Shown: one piece after another, positions 1 through 12,467 of the stretch
Position numbering within the stretch: position 1 is the stretch's first letter
How the letters are laid out: each line of letters starts with the position of its first letter
The notes under the pieces: model-generated
Seen by the model: only the letters and a program-made list of their open reading frames with translations
The model's database searches: none
What the model was told of the DNA's origin: nothing
Source: Halocafeteria seosinensis
Taxonomy: Eukaryota
Assembly: GCA_001687465.1 (NCBI GenBank)
Contig: LVLI01000154.1
Location: forward strand, 62,001-126,000
Length of the DNA stretch: 64,000 nucleotides
Direction: 5' to 3'
Position numbers and translations under genes: made by a program

Positions 1-3000
1 AAGTACTGAACGTTGACACCCAACCATTGCTCGTATTTGCGAACAGTTTCCATATGAATTTTGCGGAAAATGGAAACGGATCGATCGTGCAATTTAGTTT
101 CGCAAATGGCATGCAAACGGCACTGCTAGCAAAGGATCGAACTTTTGGAAACTGGCTCACTCTTTCGCCCACGGCAGTTACCATAGCACCCAAGAGCACC
201 CGCATTTTCCGCGCATCGTTAAGGTACCCATCGAAGCGTTTAAGAATAAAAAATGTTTCTCAGGACTTTGTTGCAGCGTCTTATACTACCACATTCAGGT
301 TTAGGCTTTCTGTACTCACTTGGGAGAAATGGCGTAGCCTTGGCTTATCAGCGCAAAGTGGGGATGACAGAACGCTGTCGTTAGCGACATCCTTCTTACC
401 AGGAAGTGCTACCCCTGTTCACTCATCAGTAATCGCAGCGAATAATCAGACCGAGATCGGAAGAGGAGTTGACGTGCATATTCGTCTGAGCGATGTTTTT
501 GGGACTCCCGGGGCCAAGGCTATCAACCATTGCTCCAAACTTCCTCCATTCAGCACAAACCGGTTGCCGTGCTTGAATGTAGAGATGCACCCTCTGAACG
601 CCGACCTTGATCGATCCTCAATCAAATTACGGTTCCCGCCACGTACACAAAACGCTCGCAGGATTCGCAGCTTTTCGTTTTCTGTCATGTTTCAGGTCCA
701 GGGAGACGCCCAAATAAGTGTTCGTTTAAACAATGTGTCTATCACAGGTTCTCCCCTTGTGCTCCAAACGAAGACAGTGAGTTGCCATGAACACGAAGTT
801 CCAAATGCCAGAGGGACGAAGTGCTTGTGTGAAGCAGGCCGATACCGCATTCCCATGAACCAGCATGTTGGTTCCCATTGTGTTCCATGCGAGGAAGGAC
901 GTTTCCAACCAGAGCCATCCAACATAGAGCAATGCCCACTTTGCCCTTCTGATCAGTTTTCAACACCCGGAAGTAAAAGGTGTTATCCCTGTCCAGTGAG
1001 TGGATTCAAATGCGTCAAGGGGAAGTTACTGATGGAGGATGGCTTTTGGTGCGAAGTTTGTTCCTCAAACAGTGAAACAGGAGCGTCTAATGAGACAGTA
1101 CGTCGATTAATATTGAGCAGGCTCCAAAGTTTTGGTGATATACAAATGCACCGCTGTAATCCTGAGAAAGCATGCGTCATCAATCAAACTAGGTTCCTGA
1201 CTGAATGCAAGAGAGGACACAAGGGCCCACTATGCAGTGTTTGCGAGGACGGGTACGTGAAAACAGACGGTACATGTCTTGTTTGCAATCAAAGTGAACG
1301 AGCTACCATACTCTTATCGCTGTGGGTCATCGTTGAGTTCGCGATCGTGGCAGGACTGAACATCGATGAGTCAAAGTCCAAAACCTCGACGGGGAACAGG
1401 ACTAGCAATGCAGACGCGAGAACTGCTAGCAACGTCCATAAAATGAAATCGTCATCATTTGAATCACCAGCTGTGGCTGACAAGCTCGTGGACCAATACA
1501 AGGAGAAGAGTTCTGTGGCATACATTGAGCTGGTCGTTTTGTTGATTGTAGACTACCTACAGGTTTGCTCGATCATTGGGCGGACACAATACAATCCCTA
1601 CGCAGGCACTCTGATGTTGTTTGGAGAGGTTACAAAACTGTTTTTGATGGATCCTACCACTCTGGACTCCTTCCGATGTCTATCCCAACTTGGATTCTTT
1701 GCGCGTTCTCTTATCTCTCTCCTCTTTCCGTGGTTCCTCGCTGTACTATCCGTCGCACTGTATTCCCTACTGACTGCAATCCAAAATAGCCGAAAGGCAG
1801 AGACAAGGAACACTACGTGGAAGGATTCGTTCAAACCCGTAGTGACTATTATAGGGCAGATACACTCGGCCGTCACAATGACTGTCATTAGCGTTTTCGA
1901 TTTGTATCCTCATGAGATACGGGGCCACTTGAGACCAACTGCAGACTTGTCCTTTAAGATCGAGGAGCAGGAGTATCTAATCCTGGCTGGGTTGGGTGGT
2001 TTCACTTTATTCGCTGTGGTCCTGGGATGGCCTTTCATGATGATAGGATATTATTCATGGCGATGCCGAACGGCCACAACCGCAACTCTGCGGGAAGACT
2101 TCCTCGATGACATCAAGGGGTTTAGGGTATGCAACTCTGGATTTCTGTGGCCAGCGTTTGTTATACTGCGAAAAGTCCTCTTGCTTCTTGTCGTTTCCTT
2201 TGTTGCTTCACCCCTCAGCCAAGCTGCACTTACGATCGTAATCTTCTTGCTCTTCCAGGATCTTGTCACATGGATTCGTCCTTACCAGCAAGACTCGCCC
2301 TTAAACGTTATGGAGATCCTAAAGAGCCTCGCATTTTCGGTGACAGTATGTCTCGGGGTGCTACGACATACAACTTCGAGCACTCAAACTGCCTTCGCTG
2401 TGATCATTACAGTGCAACTCGCTATTGCTGTTGCTGCTCTTGCCAGCTTCGTGTTGCTCTCTCCGGCAATTTACCGCGAGGTAGTTACAAAATGGAACAG
2501 TGCAATTAATGCAATTAGTGCAAGACGTGCAAAGCTATCCTCGCTGTTATCACCCGGGGTAACCAAGAAACGCTCCTCATCTTTGGCAATGACAGTGCAG
2601 GACCCTGAGGTGCTTACAGTCAGTCGGAGACACAGCGGAAAAGGTAACTCCACTGACGGATTCAATGAACCAGGTAAAGCAAGAGCAGATAGGCAACAAA
2701 CGGTAGGTTTGCAACGTCGGCGAGACGAGGAACATCAGCAGATTTATCCTCACGCCATGGATAAACGTAGTCACGTGAATGCGAACCCTGCCTTCAATGG
2801 CTCTCTTCATTCGAGAAGCGACAAACAGGGGGAATCATTGGCAAGCCAGCGCAGTAGGAACTACGCTATAGAGCCTGAAGAGAATCCATCCTTACGTTGG
2901 TCGACGCGAAGACGTCTGAAACGTTCGCCTCTAGGATTGGTGGTGAATGACCCTGAGGTGCGTGGAGTCAGTCGGAGACCCAGCCGAAACGTTCATGCCA

Positions 3001-3383
3001 CTGACAGGAACAGTAAGCCAGATAAATCAAGAAGAGTAAGGAAACAGAGGGTAGGTTCGCAACGTCCATGCGGCAGGGACTATCGAAAGGCTTATCGTCA
3101 TGCCTTGGATGAATCTGGATATACGAAATCGAACCCTTCCTTCAATGGCTCTCGTCACCCGAGAAGTCGTGGACTGACGAGGTCAAAACGTCGTGCTCCA
3201 GAACATTCGGTATCACCACTGGCAAAAGGGCATAGCAGAGACTACCCCGCGACGTCTGAAGAGAATCCATTGCTACGTCGGACGACGCGGAGGCGTCTCG
3301 TATACCTACCAACCAGCTATGGTGACATAGAGCGCGGGAATCGTGGGAAAGTTGATGAAAACTCCAACATGCCGGCCGACTGA
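1..3383 (+). CDS. Large membrane protein (5'-truncated): extracellular region, Cys-rich GCC2/GCC3 (ephrin-receptor-like) repeats, multi-pass TM domain, basic cytoplasmic tail
   Basis: Frame is open from position 3. CxxCxxGxF repeats (CLCEAGRY, CVPCEEGRFQ, CPLCPSDQFS, CKRGHKGPLCSVCEDGY). About 9-10 hydrophobic segments with FLWPAFVILRKVLLLL...RPY, typical of this protist family. Confidence 0.75.
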   Translation, partial: VLNVDTQPLLVFANSFHMNFAENGNGSIVQFSFANGMQTALLAKDRTFGNWLTLSPTAVTIAPKSTRIFRASLRYPSKRLRIKNVSQDFVAASYTTTFRFRLSVLTWEKWRSLGLSAQSGDDRTLSLATSFLPGSATPVHSSVIAANNQTEIGRGVDVHIRLSDVFGTPGAKAINHCSKLPPFSTNRLPCLNVEMHPLNADLDRSSIKLRFPPRTQNARRIRSFSFSVMFQVQGDAQISVRLNNVSITGSPLVLQTKTVSCHEHEVPNARGTKCLCEAGRYRIPMNQHVGSHCVPCEEGRFQPEPSNIEQCPLCPSDQFSTPGSKRCYPCPVSGFKCVKGKLLMEDGFWCEVCSSNSETGASNETVRRLILSRLQSFGDIQMHRCNPEKACVINQTRFLTECKRGHKGPLCSVCEDGYVKTDGTCLVCNQSERATILLSLWVIVEFAIVAGLNIDESKSKTSTGNRTSNADARTASNVHKMKSSSFESPAVADKLVDQYKEKSSVAYIELVVLLIVDYLQVCSIIGRTQYNPYAGTLMLFGEVTKLFLMDPTTLDSFRCLSQLGFFARSLISLLFPWFLAVLSVALYSLLTAIQNSRKAETRNTTWKDSFKPVVTIIGQIHSAVTMTVISVFDLYPHEIRGHLRPTADLSFKIEEQEYLILAGLGGFTLFAVVLGWPFMMIGYYSWRCRTATTATLREDFLDDIKGFRVCNSGFLWPAFVILRKVLLLLVVSFVASPLSQAALTIVIFLLFQDLVTWIRPYQQDSPLNVMEILKSLAFSVTVCLGVLRHTTSSTQTAFAVIITVQLAIAVAALASFVLLSPAIYREVVTKWNSAINAISARRAKLSSLLSPGVTKKRSSSLAMTVQDPEVLTVSRRHSGKGNSTDGFNEPGKARADRQQTVGLQRRRDEEHQQIYPHAMDKRSHVNANPAFNGSLHSRSDKQGESLASQRSRNYAIEPEENPSLRWSTRRRLKRSPLGLVVNDPEVRGVSRRPSRNVHATDRNSKPDKSRRVRKQRVGSQRPCGRDYRKAYRHALDESGYTKSNPSFNGSRHPRSRGLTRSKRRAPEHSVSPLAKGHSRDYPATSEENPLLRRTTRRRLVYLPTSYGDIERGNRGKVDENSNMPAD
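2571..3298 (+). repeat. Two-copy degenerate tandem duplication (~348-nt offset) in the C-terminal tail of the first gene
   Basis: GACCCTGAGGTG at 2601 and 2949. Paired peptides DPEVLTVSRR/DPEVRGVSRR, NPAFNGSLHSRS/NPSFNGSRHPRS, EENPSLRWSTRRRL/EENPLLRRTTRRRL. Confidence 0.85.
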
Positions 3384-3887
3384 AACAACGAGAGCATCGA
3401 AAAGGCGTATGAGAAAATAGGTATTAATCGCGGCCGTCTGCTGGAAAGGACAATGCTCTCAAACAAGTTCATTGCAAACAACCGATCAGTAAAACAAAGT
3501 AAATCGGTTAAACAGAGAGAAAAAAATAATGCGCTTCTTTACAGAGCATGCTCGAACTGCAAACAATGCTAATAGATTTCAATATTTTCCCCTCTGAACG
3601 GATTGTCACCTCGCTACCTCGATTCCGAATTTCCAACCGCCACTTCCGGTAACTAATACACACTTCAAATTGTTGCGCAGCTTTCGCACAGTACAGTATA
3701 ACAAAGTTTGTGAAAACCAATAAAAACGTTCTTAATGGAACTAGCACTGATGCATGTAGGCATCCAAAATAGGAAGTACATTGTATAGGTAGTAGGTGAA
3801 AACGACAAGGTTGGAAAACAAAAATAAGACACGCGTGCACCTGCAGCGTCCTAGCTTGCAATCGCTCATTCGGTATGGACTGGACAG

Positions 3888-6800
3888 CTACTGTTTGGAA
3901 GCAGGAACAACATTGTTGCCAGCATTCGAGAGTGCGCGCTTTCCACCACCTTTCCGATCTTCCGCGTCATGTCTAGAGTTTGAAGTTTGCGAAGACGCAG
4001 CACCCCGACTAGAGGAATTAAATTTGTCCAGTTCCGCACCGAGCGCAGATTTCCGCTTCTGCTCTTGCTCGTTTACCCCGACAGACGCTGTGTCACACTT
4101 GCTTTCTTCCTCGCCGACAGTCTTTGCTTCATCGCTATTATGATCAACCGAAGAGGTACTCTCTTGGGGATGATCGGCTTCCGCTGCCGAGTCGTGATTA
4201 GACAACGCCTGGACTTTCTCTTCCAATTTCTCAATTTCCTGTTGCGTGGCTTGCACTTGCTGCCACACTATCCCTAAGTTGGAAGACGAACAGTCAAGTG
4301 TTTGCACCGACTGTGCAGACCGCTCCATTCCAACGGGAAGTGAGCTTCCCCGAAGACGTTCCTGCAACTGTGTCATCATTCGAGATTGCTCGTCGATGGA
4401 TTCTTTTAATCGGAGAACATGCTCTTTTTGGGCTTCTAGCATGGATTGGAAATCATTGCGGATCGTACCTAGCTCCTTTCGTTGCGTTATTTGGCCGTCC
4501 TCGCTTTTTTGCTGCAACTCGTTGACTCGCTTTTTAGTAGTCTCCAATGAGCTCTCCAGCTCTTGTCTAATCCGCTGCAATTCATCACTTTGCGATTCTG
4601 TCTTCTCAGAAAGCTCGTCTCGCAATTTTGACCTCTCTTCGCGATGAGACGAATTGGTGGCATCAACGTGCTCACGGAGATGAGTTATCCGCCGCTCTTG
4701 TTCCCAATGCTGTGTATCAAGTTTTTCTTGGATCCCTCCTAATTGCTTGCTGTAAGAAGACATCTGCTGGAGGACCGCTTCTTCAAGTTTCGATATCTGC
4801 TGGTCAATGTTTTCCACAATTTCCGTTTCCTTGACTCTTTCAGCTTCGGCTTGGTCCTGTGCGCTCCGTAGCTTGACAATTTCAGCCTCATTCTTGCCCG
4901 AGGCATACCGCAGTTCTTTTCGAAGCTTGATTATCTCATCTGCCGCCTCCGCTTGGACTGAATCAACCTTCTTCCGATTGTCTTCGATGAAATTCCCATG
5001 GCGCTCGTTGATTTCTTTCAGCTCATCCAACCTGCCTTCAAACATCTGGCGAACTCGCTCAGATATCTTATCTTCCTGGTGACTCATCGAGCTCTCCAAA
5101 CTGTCTTTCGTAGCGAAATACTCATTCAGTTTTTCGTTCATACTCCGTCGGAGCTCTTCATTCTTCTCGCTTTGAGAGCTCGTCAACTGCTCGATGTAGC
5201 GTAGCTCACTTGCAGTGTTCATTTTTTGCCGTTTTGCTTCTTCCAATAGTTTATGTTGTAAGTCAGACCTTTGCGTTTCCAGTTGTTGGTGGAGTTCATT
5301 TTGAATCTGTGAAAGATTCTCCTGATGGGTTGACTTCACGTTGTTTAAGTCGTTGCGTAACGTTTGCAGCGCTTCTTCTTGAGACTGGAGATTTTTCTCA
5401 ATACGTTGGACCTGCTGCTGTTGAGAAGACTGGATACGACCGGTTTGTTGACGCATTTCAAGTAATTCACTCTGCTGAGAGTGTCGGAAATCACTCATCT
5501 GCTGCTGCAGATCGGTGGTCGCTTCCTTCTGCTCACGCTTGACGGTTTCGACCTCCTCGCGTATACTTTCAATGGTCTTCTCTTGTTTGCTTACAATTTC
5601 TTGGGCCGGATTTGTTTCCTCAGCACCCTTTCTCTTGGACTCCTCCAGTAGACTTGCAAGGTTCCCTTCGTTATGCTTCAGACGGCTCTCAATCTTCTCT
5701 AATTTCTCACTAAATTTCTTCTTTTGCGTGTCTTTGTGCTCCTCGAGCTGCTGCTGCAACTTGTTGACAGAATTGCTCTGCCGGTCTGTATGCTCTGCGA
5801 CTTCTTCTTTGAGTGAGTTCATCTTTTCCATAATAGCACCTAGCGAGTCCTGTACTTTGGTTTGAACAAAAGATGTCCCCCATGACGCTACATGTCCACC
5901 ATTCCTTGTGCTAGTTTCAGAGCCGTCTTGGTCGCGCCCACTCTCCAGAGTAGATTCGAGTTCTTTGCGGAAATTGTGCATCTGTTCCTCATGTTGATGT
6001 CGAAAGGATTCCCATTCTTGTCTCAGCTCCTGTTCTTCCTTGCTCTTCGAGTTTAATGTTTCTTGCAGAGTGTTATGTAGATCTTTAACTCTTTCGGAAT
6101 TTGTTTTGTCATTCTGTTGGATCTCTTGCCTATGACTCTCAATCCTGTCATTCTGCGATGTCAGCTTTCCTTCGAGCCACTCTTCGATTCGATCAAGAGT
6201 TCCCTTCTGTGATTCGATGAACTCGTCAACCATACTCCGTACATGCCGTATCTCTTCTTTCTGAGAATCATAGTTTTGTTTGAGTTCCTCTTGGCCTTCC
6301 GCAAGGTCTTGCATTTGCTTCTGTAATTCACTGACTTGTTCCTGCACTTCACCGCTGCTCGCCGCACCGAACTTGCTGGTTTCCTCTGCTATTTGCTGTC
6401 GGTTATCTGCGATCCGCTCCAGATCATCCTCATCGTCGAAAAACAATCTTAGGACGTGCTGAGTGTCAAATTCTTCCTTGTTAATGTGGCCACCTAAACA
6501 GTGCTGTACAACAGCTAAGGCGTCAGTCGCCCCTTTGGCTTCAAAAATGGTGTCTGGTTGCTGATGTGAAAACGCCGCAAGCTTTATTTTCTGGAAGAAA
6601 TCCCAGATACGTGCTCGCAGTTTCATGTCAGGTTGGATACTACGAATCGAGTCCGAGAGGGCGATTGTAACAACTCTGCTAACTTCCTCCACAACGTTAT
6701 TTAGGTCACTTCGTGTGGGAAGCACGTTAATTAAATCTTTCATCTGGGTCTTTGTATGTTCCTTCATCGGAGCTTTTAACAAAGTACTGATAGCAGACGC

Positions 6801-9502
6801 AGGAGGGAACACCACACCGAGAGAAGATATTGCACTAGTTATGACGCTTTTAGCACCCCCCATCTTTGCGTCCACTTTGTCACTGCTAATTACACTGGCA
6901 GCAGTAAAAGTGTCACAAAGTACTGCATTAAACGAACGGTAGTATTCTTTTAATTCGCGTTCGTTTTCGATAAATTTCTTTTCGTTCCGGTATGACTTTT
7001 TTGCATCATTGTCCATAATAGCCTCATCCACCTCATTTCTCAAAACAATGTTCCCCGCATATGGTGCTATTTGTTTTAATTGCTGCAGTGATTCTTGTAG
7101 CGAAGAATCCGAAGCATCCGGCATACCACCATCTCCCGAAACCGCCGGAGAGTTCGTCGCCCTTTCTGTAAGTGCTACAAAACGGCTACTTGAGTCGATG
7201 GAAAACGCAGTCAAAACTCCCATAACTACTTACCCTGAGAATGCGCAAGTTCTTTCAGCAAAGTTTTTCGGTCTTCCTGTGCTGACGAGTACTGTGGATC
7301 GATGGCTAACGCGGCATCGCAGCATTTTATCGCCTCATCATAGTATCCGAGTTTGCCCAGTGCCTTAGCCTTAATTCTGAAGCATTCCTTCTCCTGGTTC
7401 TCTTCTGGGTGTTTGCTTAACGCGTCCTGGCAATGATCCACCGCTTTCTCGAAGTTTCGAAGGTAATGAGAGCAATACGCCTTCCCGATAGAACTCCGGG
7501 GATCATCAGAAGAAACTTCCTCAAAGTTCTCGTACGCAACAATTGCATCCTCGTACTTTCGCAAGCGTTGCAAGGCTGTAGCTTTCCCAATGAGACCCCC
7601 TTTGTGGCCACGGTTTCTCTCTACAGCACTCTTGAAACATTCTAATGCCCTCGAGGGGTTCCCATTCTCCAATAAAGCCATCCCGCGGCAGTAATGCGGG
7701 TAAAACCAATCATATTCTAGCCGACTGGCTCGCTCGTAAGCTTGGGAAGCTTTTTCGAGTGAGCCTTTTCGGTAAAGATCGTCTGCCTTTGATGCCGCTT
7801 TTTCTGCTTTCTGTATATCAGGAAGAGTTTCATTTAGTGCAGCTTCAAAAACGTTACCAGTTTGTCGCTGAAATGATTTGAGAGACACTTCACGGACTCC
7901 TTTACGAGCAACTTGTAGGCCACGTATACTGGGATTGTAGCTATCGTCGATGCGCAAACCTTGCTCGAATGCCTCAATTGCTTCCACGAAACGTCTCAGG
8001 TTCACCAAAGCCACACCCTTCCAATGATGAAGCCGCTTCTCATTTGGGTTTCTCCTGATTCCTTCCTTGGCACATTGAAGGGCATCTAAATTTTTCGTCA
8101 GCTCAACAAGGTAACCTGCTTTATTGTTCCAGGCTTGATGATGATGCGGATCTTTGGCCAGGCAATTATCCAGTTCCTCAACCGCCTTACGAAGCTTGCC
8201 TTTCTGTCCCCATTTCGTTCCTTGATTGAAATGCCATGTAGAAGACCTGGAACCATCTTGCTCAGGTTCTCTACTAGAGGTTTTCCCCTCGGGGCTTCCT
8301 TCAGAGACCGAGTGATAATCTTGAGGTACGTAAAGATCAATACTGTCGTCACGAGCTTCTTGTAGTGCATCCTCGAAAATGTTACCGGTACCACCCTCTT
8401 GTTGAAATGCTTTAAGTTCAGCTCCTTTTAGTCCTTGCCGTGCAACTCCCAGTCCCTGCATGCAAGGGCCATAGTTCCTATCAATCTGCAGTGCTTGTTC
8501 AAACGCATCAACAGCTTCGGCGAAGCGCTTTAGGTTCACCAAAGCAACTCCTTTCCAATAGTACAATCGTTTCTCATTTGGATTCCGCTTGATTCCCTCC
8601 GCTGCACACTCTAGAGCCTTTGAATGGTTTTCTAACTTTATAAGGTACCCAGCTTTGTTGTTCCAAGCTTGATGGTGGTGTGGATTCTTAGCCAGGCAAT
8701 TGTCCAGTTCCTCAACAGCTTTCTCGTAGTACCCTTTTTGACCCCACTTTGCCCCCTGATTGAAATGCCAGGAAGCAGCATGCGAGTCTGTCGAGTCAGC
8801 TTTGCTATCCTTCTCGAACCCCTGAGAGTTCGTCCCTTGCCCAGCAGAGTTACGCCCTGTGGAGCTGTAAAGCTCTTCAACTTTGGACTCTTCGATGGAC
8901 GCCTCATTTCGCTCCTCGTCTCGCCGACCTGTTGGATGCCTATCAATATTCTTCAAGTGCAGTTGATTCCTGTAGTGTTCCAGATACCAGTCTTCCCCCT
9001 CCTGAGTACCTTCACCATTCTGCCGCTTCCGGGCTATATCAAGGCCGCGCGTGGAAGCTGGATCATTCTGACGTCGCGCCAAGGCTTCCTCAAAAGCGCT
9101 TACGGCATCAGAATATTTCCCCAACTGGAGTAGTGCCACACCTTTCCAAAAGAATGGCTCATGTTGCTGGTCATTCGCCTTCGCACTTTCCTCGGCGCAG
9201 GCAAGAGCGTTCTCGGTTTGCGACAGTTTCACCAAGGCTGCCGCCTTCTTGTTCAATGCTTCCGTGTCGGTCTCATTCAGCTCCAGGCACTTGTCAAAGC
9301 ATTGCACACCTTCCCGATTTTGATCGAGTTGGCAATGCATGGCGCCTTGGCAGAGGTGCGCCTTACTTGAAGAGGCATCACATTCCACCGCGCGCTCGTA
9401 GCAACGAAGTGCTTTGTCCGGGTCGTCCAGGTTCAGGCCCTCTGAAATCCATTCCTCGGCTGTTTTCTTCTCGTCCATTTTCCCGCTGTGGGACGCCATC
9501 AT
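3888..9502 (-). CDS. Single ~1850-aa TPR-repeat plus long coiled-coil protein (2 exons)
   Basis: A 68-nt GTAAGT...CTTACAG intron (7233-7166, phase 1) fuses ORFs 7226..9502 and 3888..7223 in frame (...HSQ-E-RATN...). Many TPR motifs at the N-terminus and Q/E/K heptads at the C-terminus. Confidence 0.8.
7835..8770 (-). repeat. Internal duplication of a 3-TPR block (~534-nt offset)
   Basis: WHFNQG[A/T]KWGQKG...AVEELDNCLAK[N/D]PHHHQAWNNKAGYL...RNPNEKRL..WKGVALVNL occurs twice with high identity. Confidence 0.9.
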
Positions 9503-9921
9503 AAGCTTTAGGAATCGTGTTGCTCACTACAAGGGGGTGTACCCTTTTTCTTGAGAACAGTGGGGGGACAACTCTGAAATGCGCTTTCGTGCACTTAAAA
9601 AGAGCTTCTCCGTGTGCGTATGTGTGGCTTGACGCAATTCGAACAGCAGAGACTACCAATCCGGGACAAGTGTGCTTCTCAAGAGAAACAGCTAATGTCC
9701 TTCCAGCTTGTCAGCCTGTCACCAACTGCCGGTCCAAGTGAAGTGTCGAACAAACCACCACAAACCTGAACGATTTGTTTGTTTCGTTGAAGTTGCAGCC
9801 GGAGGTGACACCCGAAGTGGTGTGTATTTAGCCCATCTATACTATGTAGGCGTATTTTGGAGGGGCTTGATAGGTATATTGGGTATATGGAACTCGTAGA
9901 TCCCACTGCAAAAAGGAAAGC

Positions 9922-12132
9922 ATGTTTAGACGACTGTACCCTCTGAGGCGACTGCCCGTCAGTCAGCCGAATTTCTTCACAAGACTGACAGCGGCAGGAG
10001 CGCAACCCTGTGGCTATTATGGGACCTCTCCCGTGTCCAACCAGCAGATGAGTCCTAAGAAAAGGTCCTCAATTTATTGGGAACCTAGTTCCAGTTCGTC
10101 TCCTCGCCGCGAAGCTCCCGATTCAATGGAACCATCCCCTCGAGTGGTGCAGGAGGACTCATGGACAACCCGAAATGTGAACGAATTCAACATTTCCAGC
10201 GACACGGAGAAAAGGCTGGCCAAGGCTGGGATCACTTCACTCTTTCCAGTGCAGTCTACGACGTATCAGAAAGCGATGCAGCAACAGGACATTGTCGTCC
10301 GTGCGAAAACAGGATCTGGTAAAACCCTTGGGTTTGCTATCCCCATAATTGAGGTAAGTACTACGGGGAAAGAGGTCACAATATTCCCGCGCGAAACGTT
10401 TTTGCCACTTTTGCAGAACCTCAAAGCTTCTGGTCGCATGAAACTTCCACGTGCTATCGTCCTCGCACCGACACGAGAACTAGCCAAACAAGTGGAGACG
10501 GAGTTTGCTCGAATAGCGGGTCCTCTCCGCACGATCAGTATCTATGGAGGGACTCCATACGAACCGCAAAGGAGAGCCCTGAAAGACGGAGTAGACGTGG
10601 TGGTCGGGACGCCAGGTCGGGTACACGACTTGTTGATAAACGGACACCTCAAGCTGGACAAAATCCAACACGCCGTTCTAGACGAAGCAGATGACATGTT
10701 GCAAATGGGGTTCCGAGAAGAAGTGGAAAAAATCTATGGATATCTCCCACAACCAGTCAATTTGTCGGGGTCATTAGGGAAGAGGGACAGCGATCGAGCG
10801 GCGAGTAGAGTACATCACATGCTGTGGTCAGCCACAGTTCCTCAATGGATCGAAAGGCTGGCTAAGACATTCTTGCATAAACCAGAATTCGTTGATCTGG
10901 TTGGCAGCTCCTCTCCCAGCATTCCTTCTACTGTCCAGCATGGAGCTGTGATTGTCGACGAAGGGAAGCACTCTCGCCCCTCCGACGGAGAAGTATCACC
11001 TCGTCAAGCTGTCTTAGCGTCTATCTTGGAGGAATATGCAGATAAAGGCCGAGTACTGGTGTTTACGGAGACGAAAGCAGAGGCTACATCCTTGACTCGT
11101 TTACCAACGTCGGCTTCTATAGTTATTGAGAGTTTGACTGGAGATCTATCGCAGCAAGTCAGAGAAAGAACATTGCAGGGATTCAAAAAGGGCTCCATTA
11201 ATGTTATTTGCGCCACCGATGTTGCCGCCCGAGGACTGGACATACCATCAGTTGATGCCGTAGTGCATTATCGGATTCCGCGGCAGACGGAATCTTTTGT
11301 CCATCGTACGGGACGAACTGGTAGAGCTGGGAACTCCGGCATAAACCTGTGTATCTTCTCTCCCTCCGAAAGAAGGGAGGTGGCTTCACTGTCGAAGCAC
11401 CTTGGGTTTGCCTGGAAATACGTCAGTCCTGATAGCCTAGCAGAGCTGCGGGGCAATTCTAACACAACTGACTCTAGAATCCAATCGACTCTGAATGGTT
11501 TGGAAGAAGCTGTAAGGTACCCACCGAAAACTTCGAAACACCAGGGCCTGGTCACACAGTTTGCGGAGAAGCTTATAGATGCCTCCCAAGGTAGTGCACA
11601 AACTGCTTTGGAAAGATTAATTGCTCTTCGTATAGAGAAGGCTTCTAAGACTTCCATGGATTTGTCTCTACTGACAGGGAGCCCTGGACATGTTACGCTC
11701 ATCTATCAACCTCCTTTGTCAGGAGAAACAAGGAACTCGTCTTTCCATCCAGAGTTGTCACCAAGGAAAGCGAAACGCGTAGTTGCGGAACTGCTGCAAG
11801 ATGTAGGTGCTTCCAGGTATACTTTGAACGAAAGCAAAATGGTCTTCTACTCTGGCCAGCAGGAAAACAACGACTCCAACTCTCTTTTGCCCAGGGCACA
11901 CCCTGGAGTTGTTTTTGATCTACCATCGAATTTAGCCAACTCCGTAATCCAGCAATCAGGTGGCACTATATCTAAAGTCAAGCAGCTTCCTCAAGGTGTG
12001 GCAAAGTCATTACTTAGACCTACACGCCAGGAAGTTGCGCCTAAGTCCAAATCAGCTAACTTTCACTCGGGAAGACATTCCGAGTTCTCCAGAAAGACAC
12101 ACCGCTCAGGTTCACGCGAGTATCGTCGATAA
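9922..12132 (+). CDS. DEAD-box RNA helicase, DDX21/RH3-RH9-like, probable organellar (mitochondrial) presequence
   Basis: Q motif LFPVQ, AKTGSGKT, LAPTRELA, GTPGR, DEAD, SAT, TDVAARGLD, HRTGRTGRAG. Arg-rich N-terminus. Likely in-frame 63-nt intron at 10354-10416. Confidence 0.9.
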   Translation: MFRRLYPLRRLPVSQPNFFTRLTAAGAQPCGYYGTSPVSNQQMSPKKRSSIYWEPSSSSSPRREAPDSMEPSPRVVQEDSWTTRNVNEFNISSDTEKRLAKAGITSLFPVQSTTYQKAMQQQDIVVRAKTGSGKTLGFAIPIIEVSTTGKEVTIFPRETFLPLLQNLKASGRMKLPRAIVLAPTRELAKQVETEFARIAGPLRTISIYGGTPYEPQRRALKDGVDVVVGTPGRVHDLLINGHLKLDKIQHAVLDEADDMLQMGFREEVEKIYGYLPQPVNLSGSLGKRDSDRAASRVHHMLWSATVPQWIERLAKTFLHKPEFVDLVGSSSPSIPSTVQHGAVIVDEGKHSRPSDGEVSPRQAVLASILEEYADKGRVLVFTETKAEATSLTRLPTSASIVIESLTGDLSQQVRERTLQGFKKGSINVICATDVAARGLDIPSVDAVVHYRIPRQTESFVHRTGRTGRAGNSGINLCIFSPSERREVASLSKHLGFAWKYVSPDSLAELRGNSNTTDSRIQSTLNGLEEAVRYPPKTSKHQGLVTQFAEKLIDASQGSAQTALERLIALRIEKASKTSMDLSLLTGSPGHVTLIYQPPLSGETRNSSFHPELSPRKAKRVVAELLQDVGASRYTLNESKMVFYSGQQENNDSNSLLPRAHPGVVFDLPSNLANSVIQQSGGTISKVKQLPQGVAKSLLRPTRQEVAPKSKSANFHSGRHSEFSRKTHRSGSREYRR

Positions 12133-12467
12133 ATGCGGATTGAGTGGATGGTACTTGCATGGCAAATTGGCAATGCCTCTACCAGGTAAAGATTAAGCAA
12201 CGAAATGTTATAAATGCCTTCGATTCATGCAACAACCTGGAAATGCGGCAAAAGGGTAGCTCATTGGGTGTATGAGACACAACATTTGCTATCTTCTAGT
12301 AGAAGTGACATGGAAAGTGTCTTCGTGGGGTGGGGGGAGTTTTTCTGGTAGCTGGTATCCTTTCAGACGACATGTCCCTACAACGGTTATGTATACGAGA
12401 AATAAAACAAATGTGTGTGTGTGTGTGCTATCCATTTCATATGAGCATAGTTAAGGAGCAGTGCACC

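Noticed and set aside
3888..7223. ORF 3888..7223 as an independent gene in an operon-like pair
   Set aside because: A canonical 68-nt intron joins it in frame to the upstream TPR ORF.
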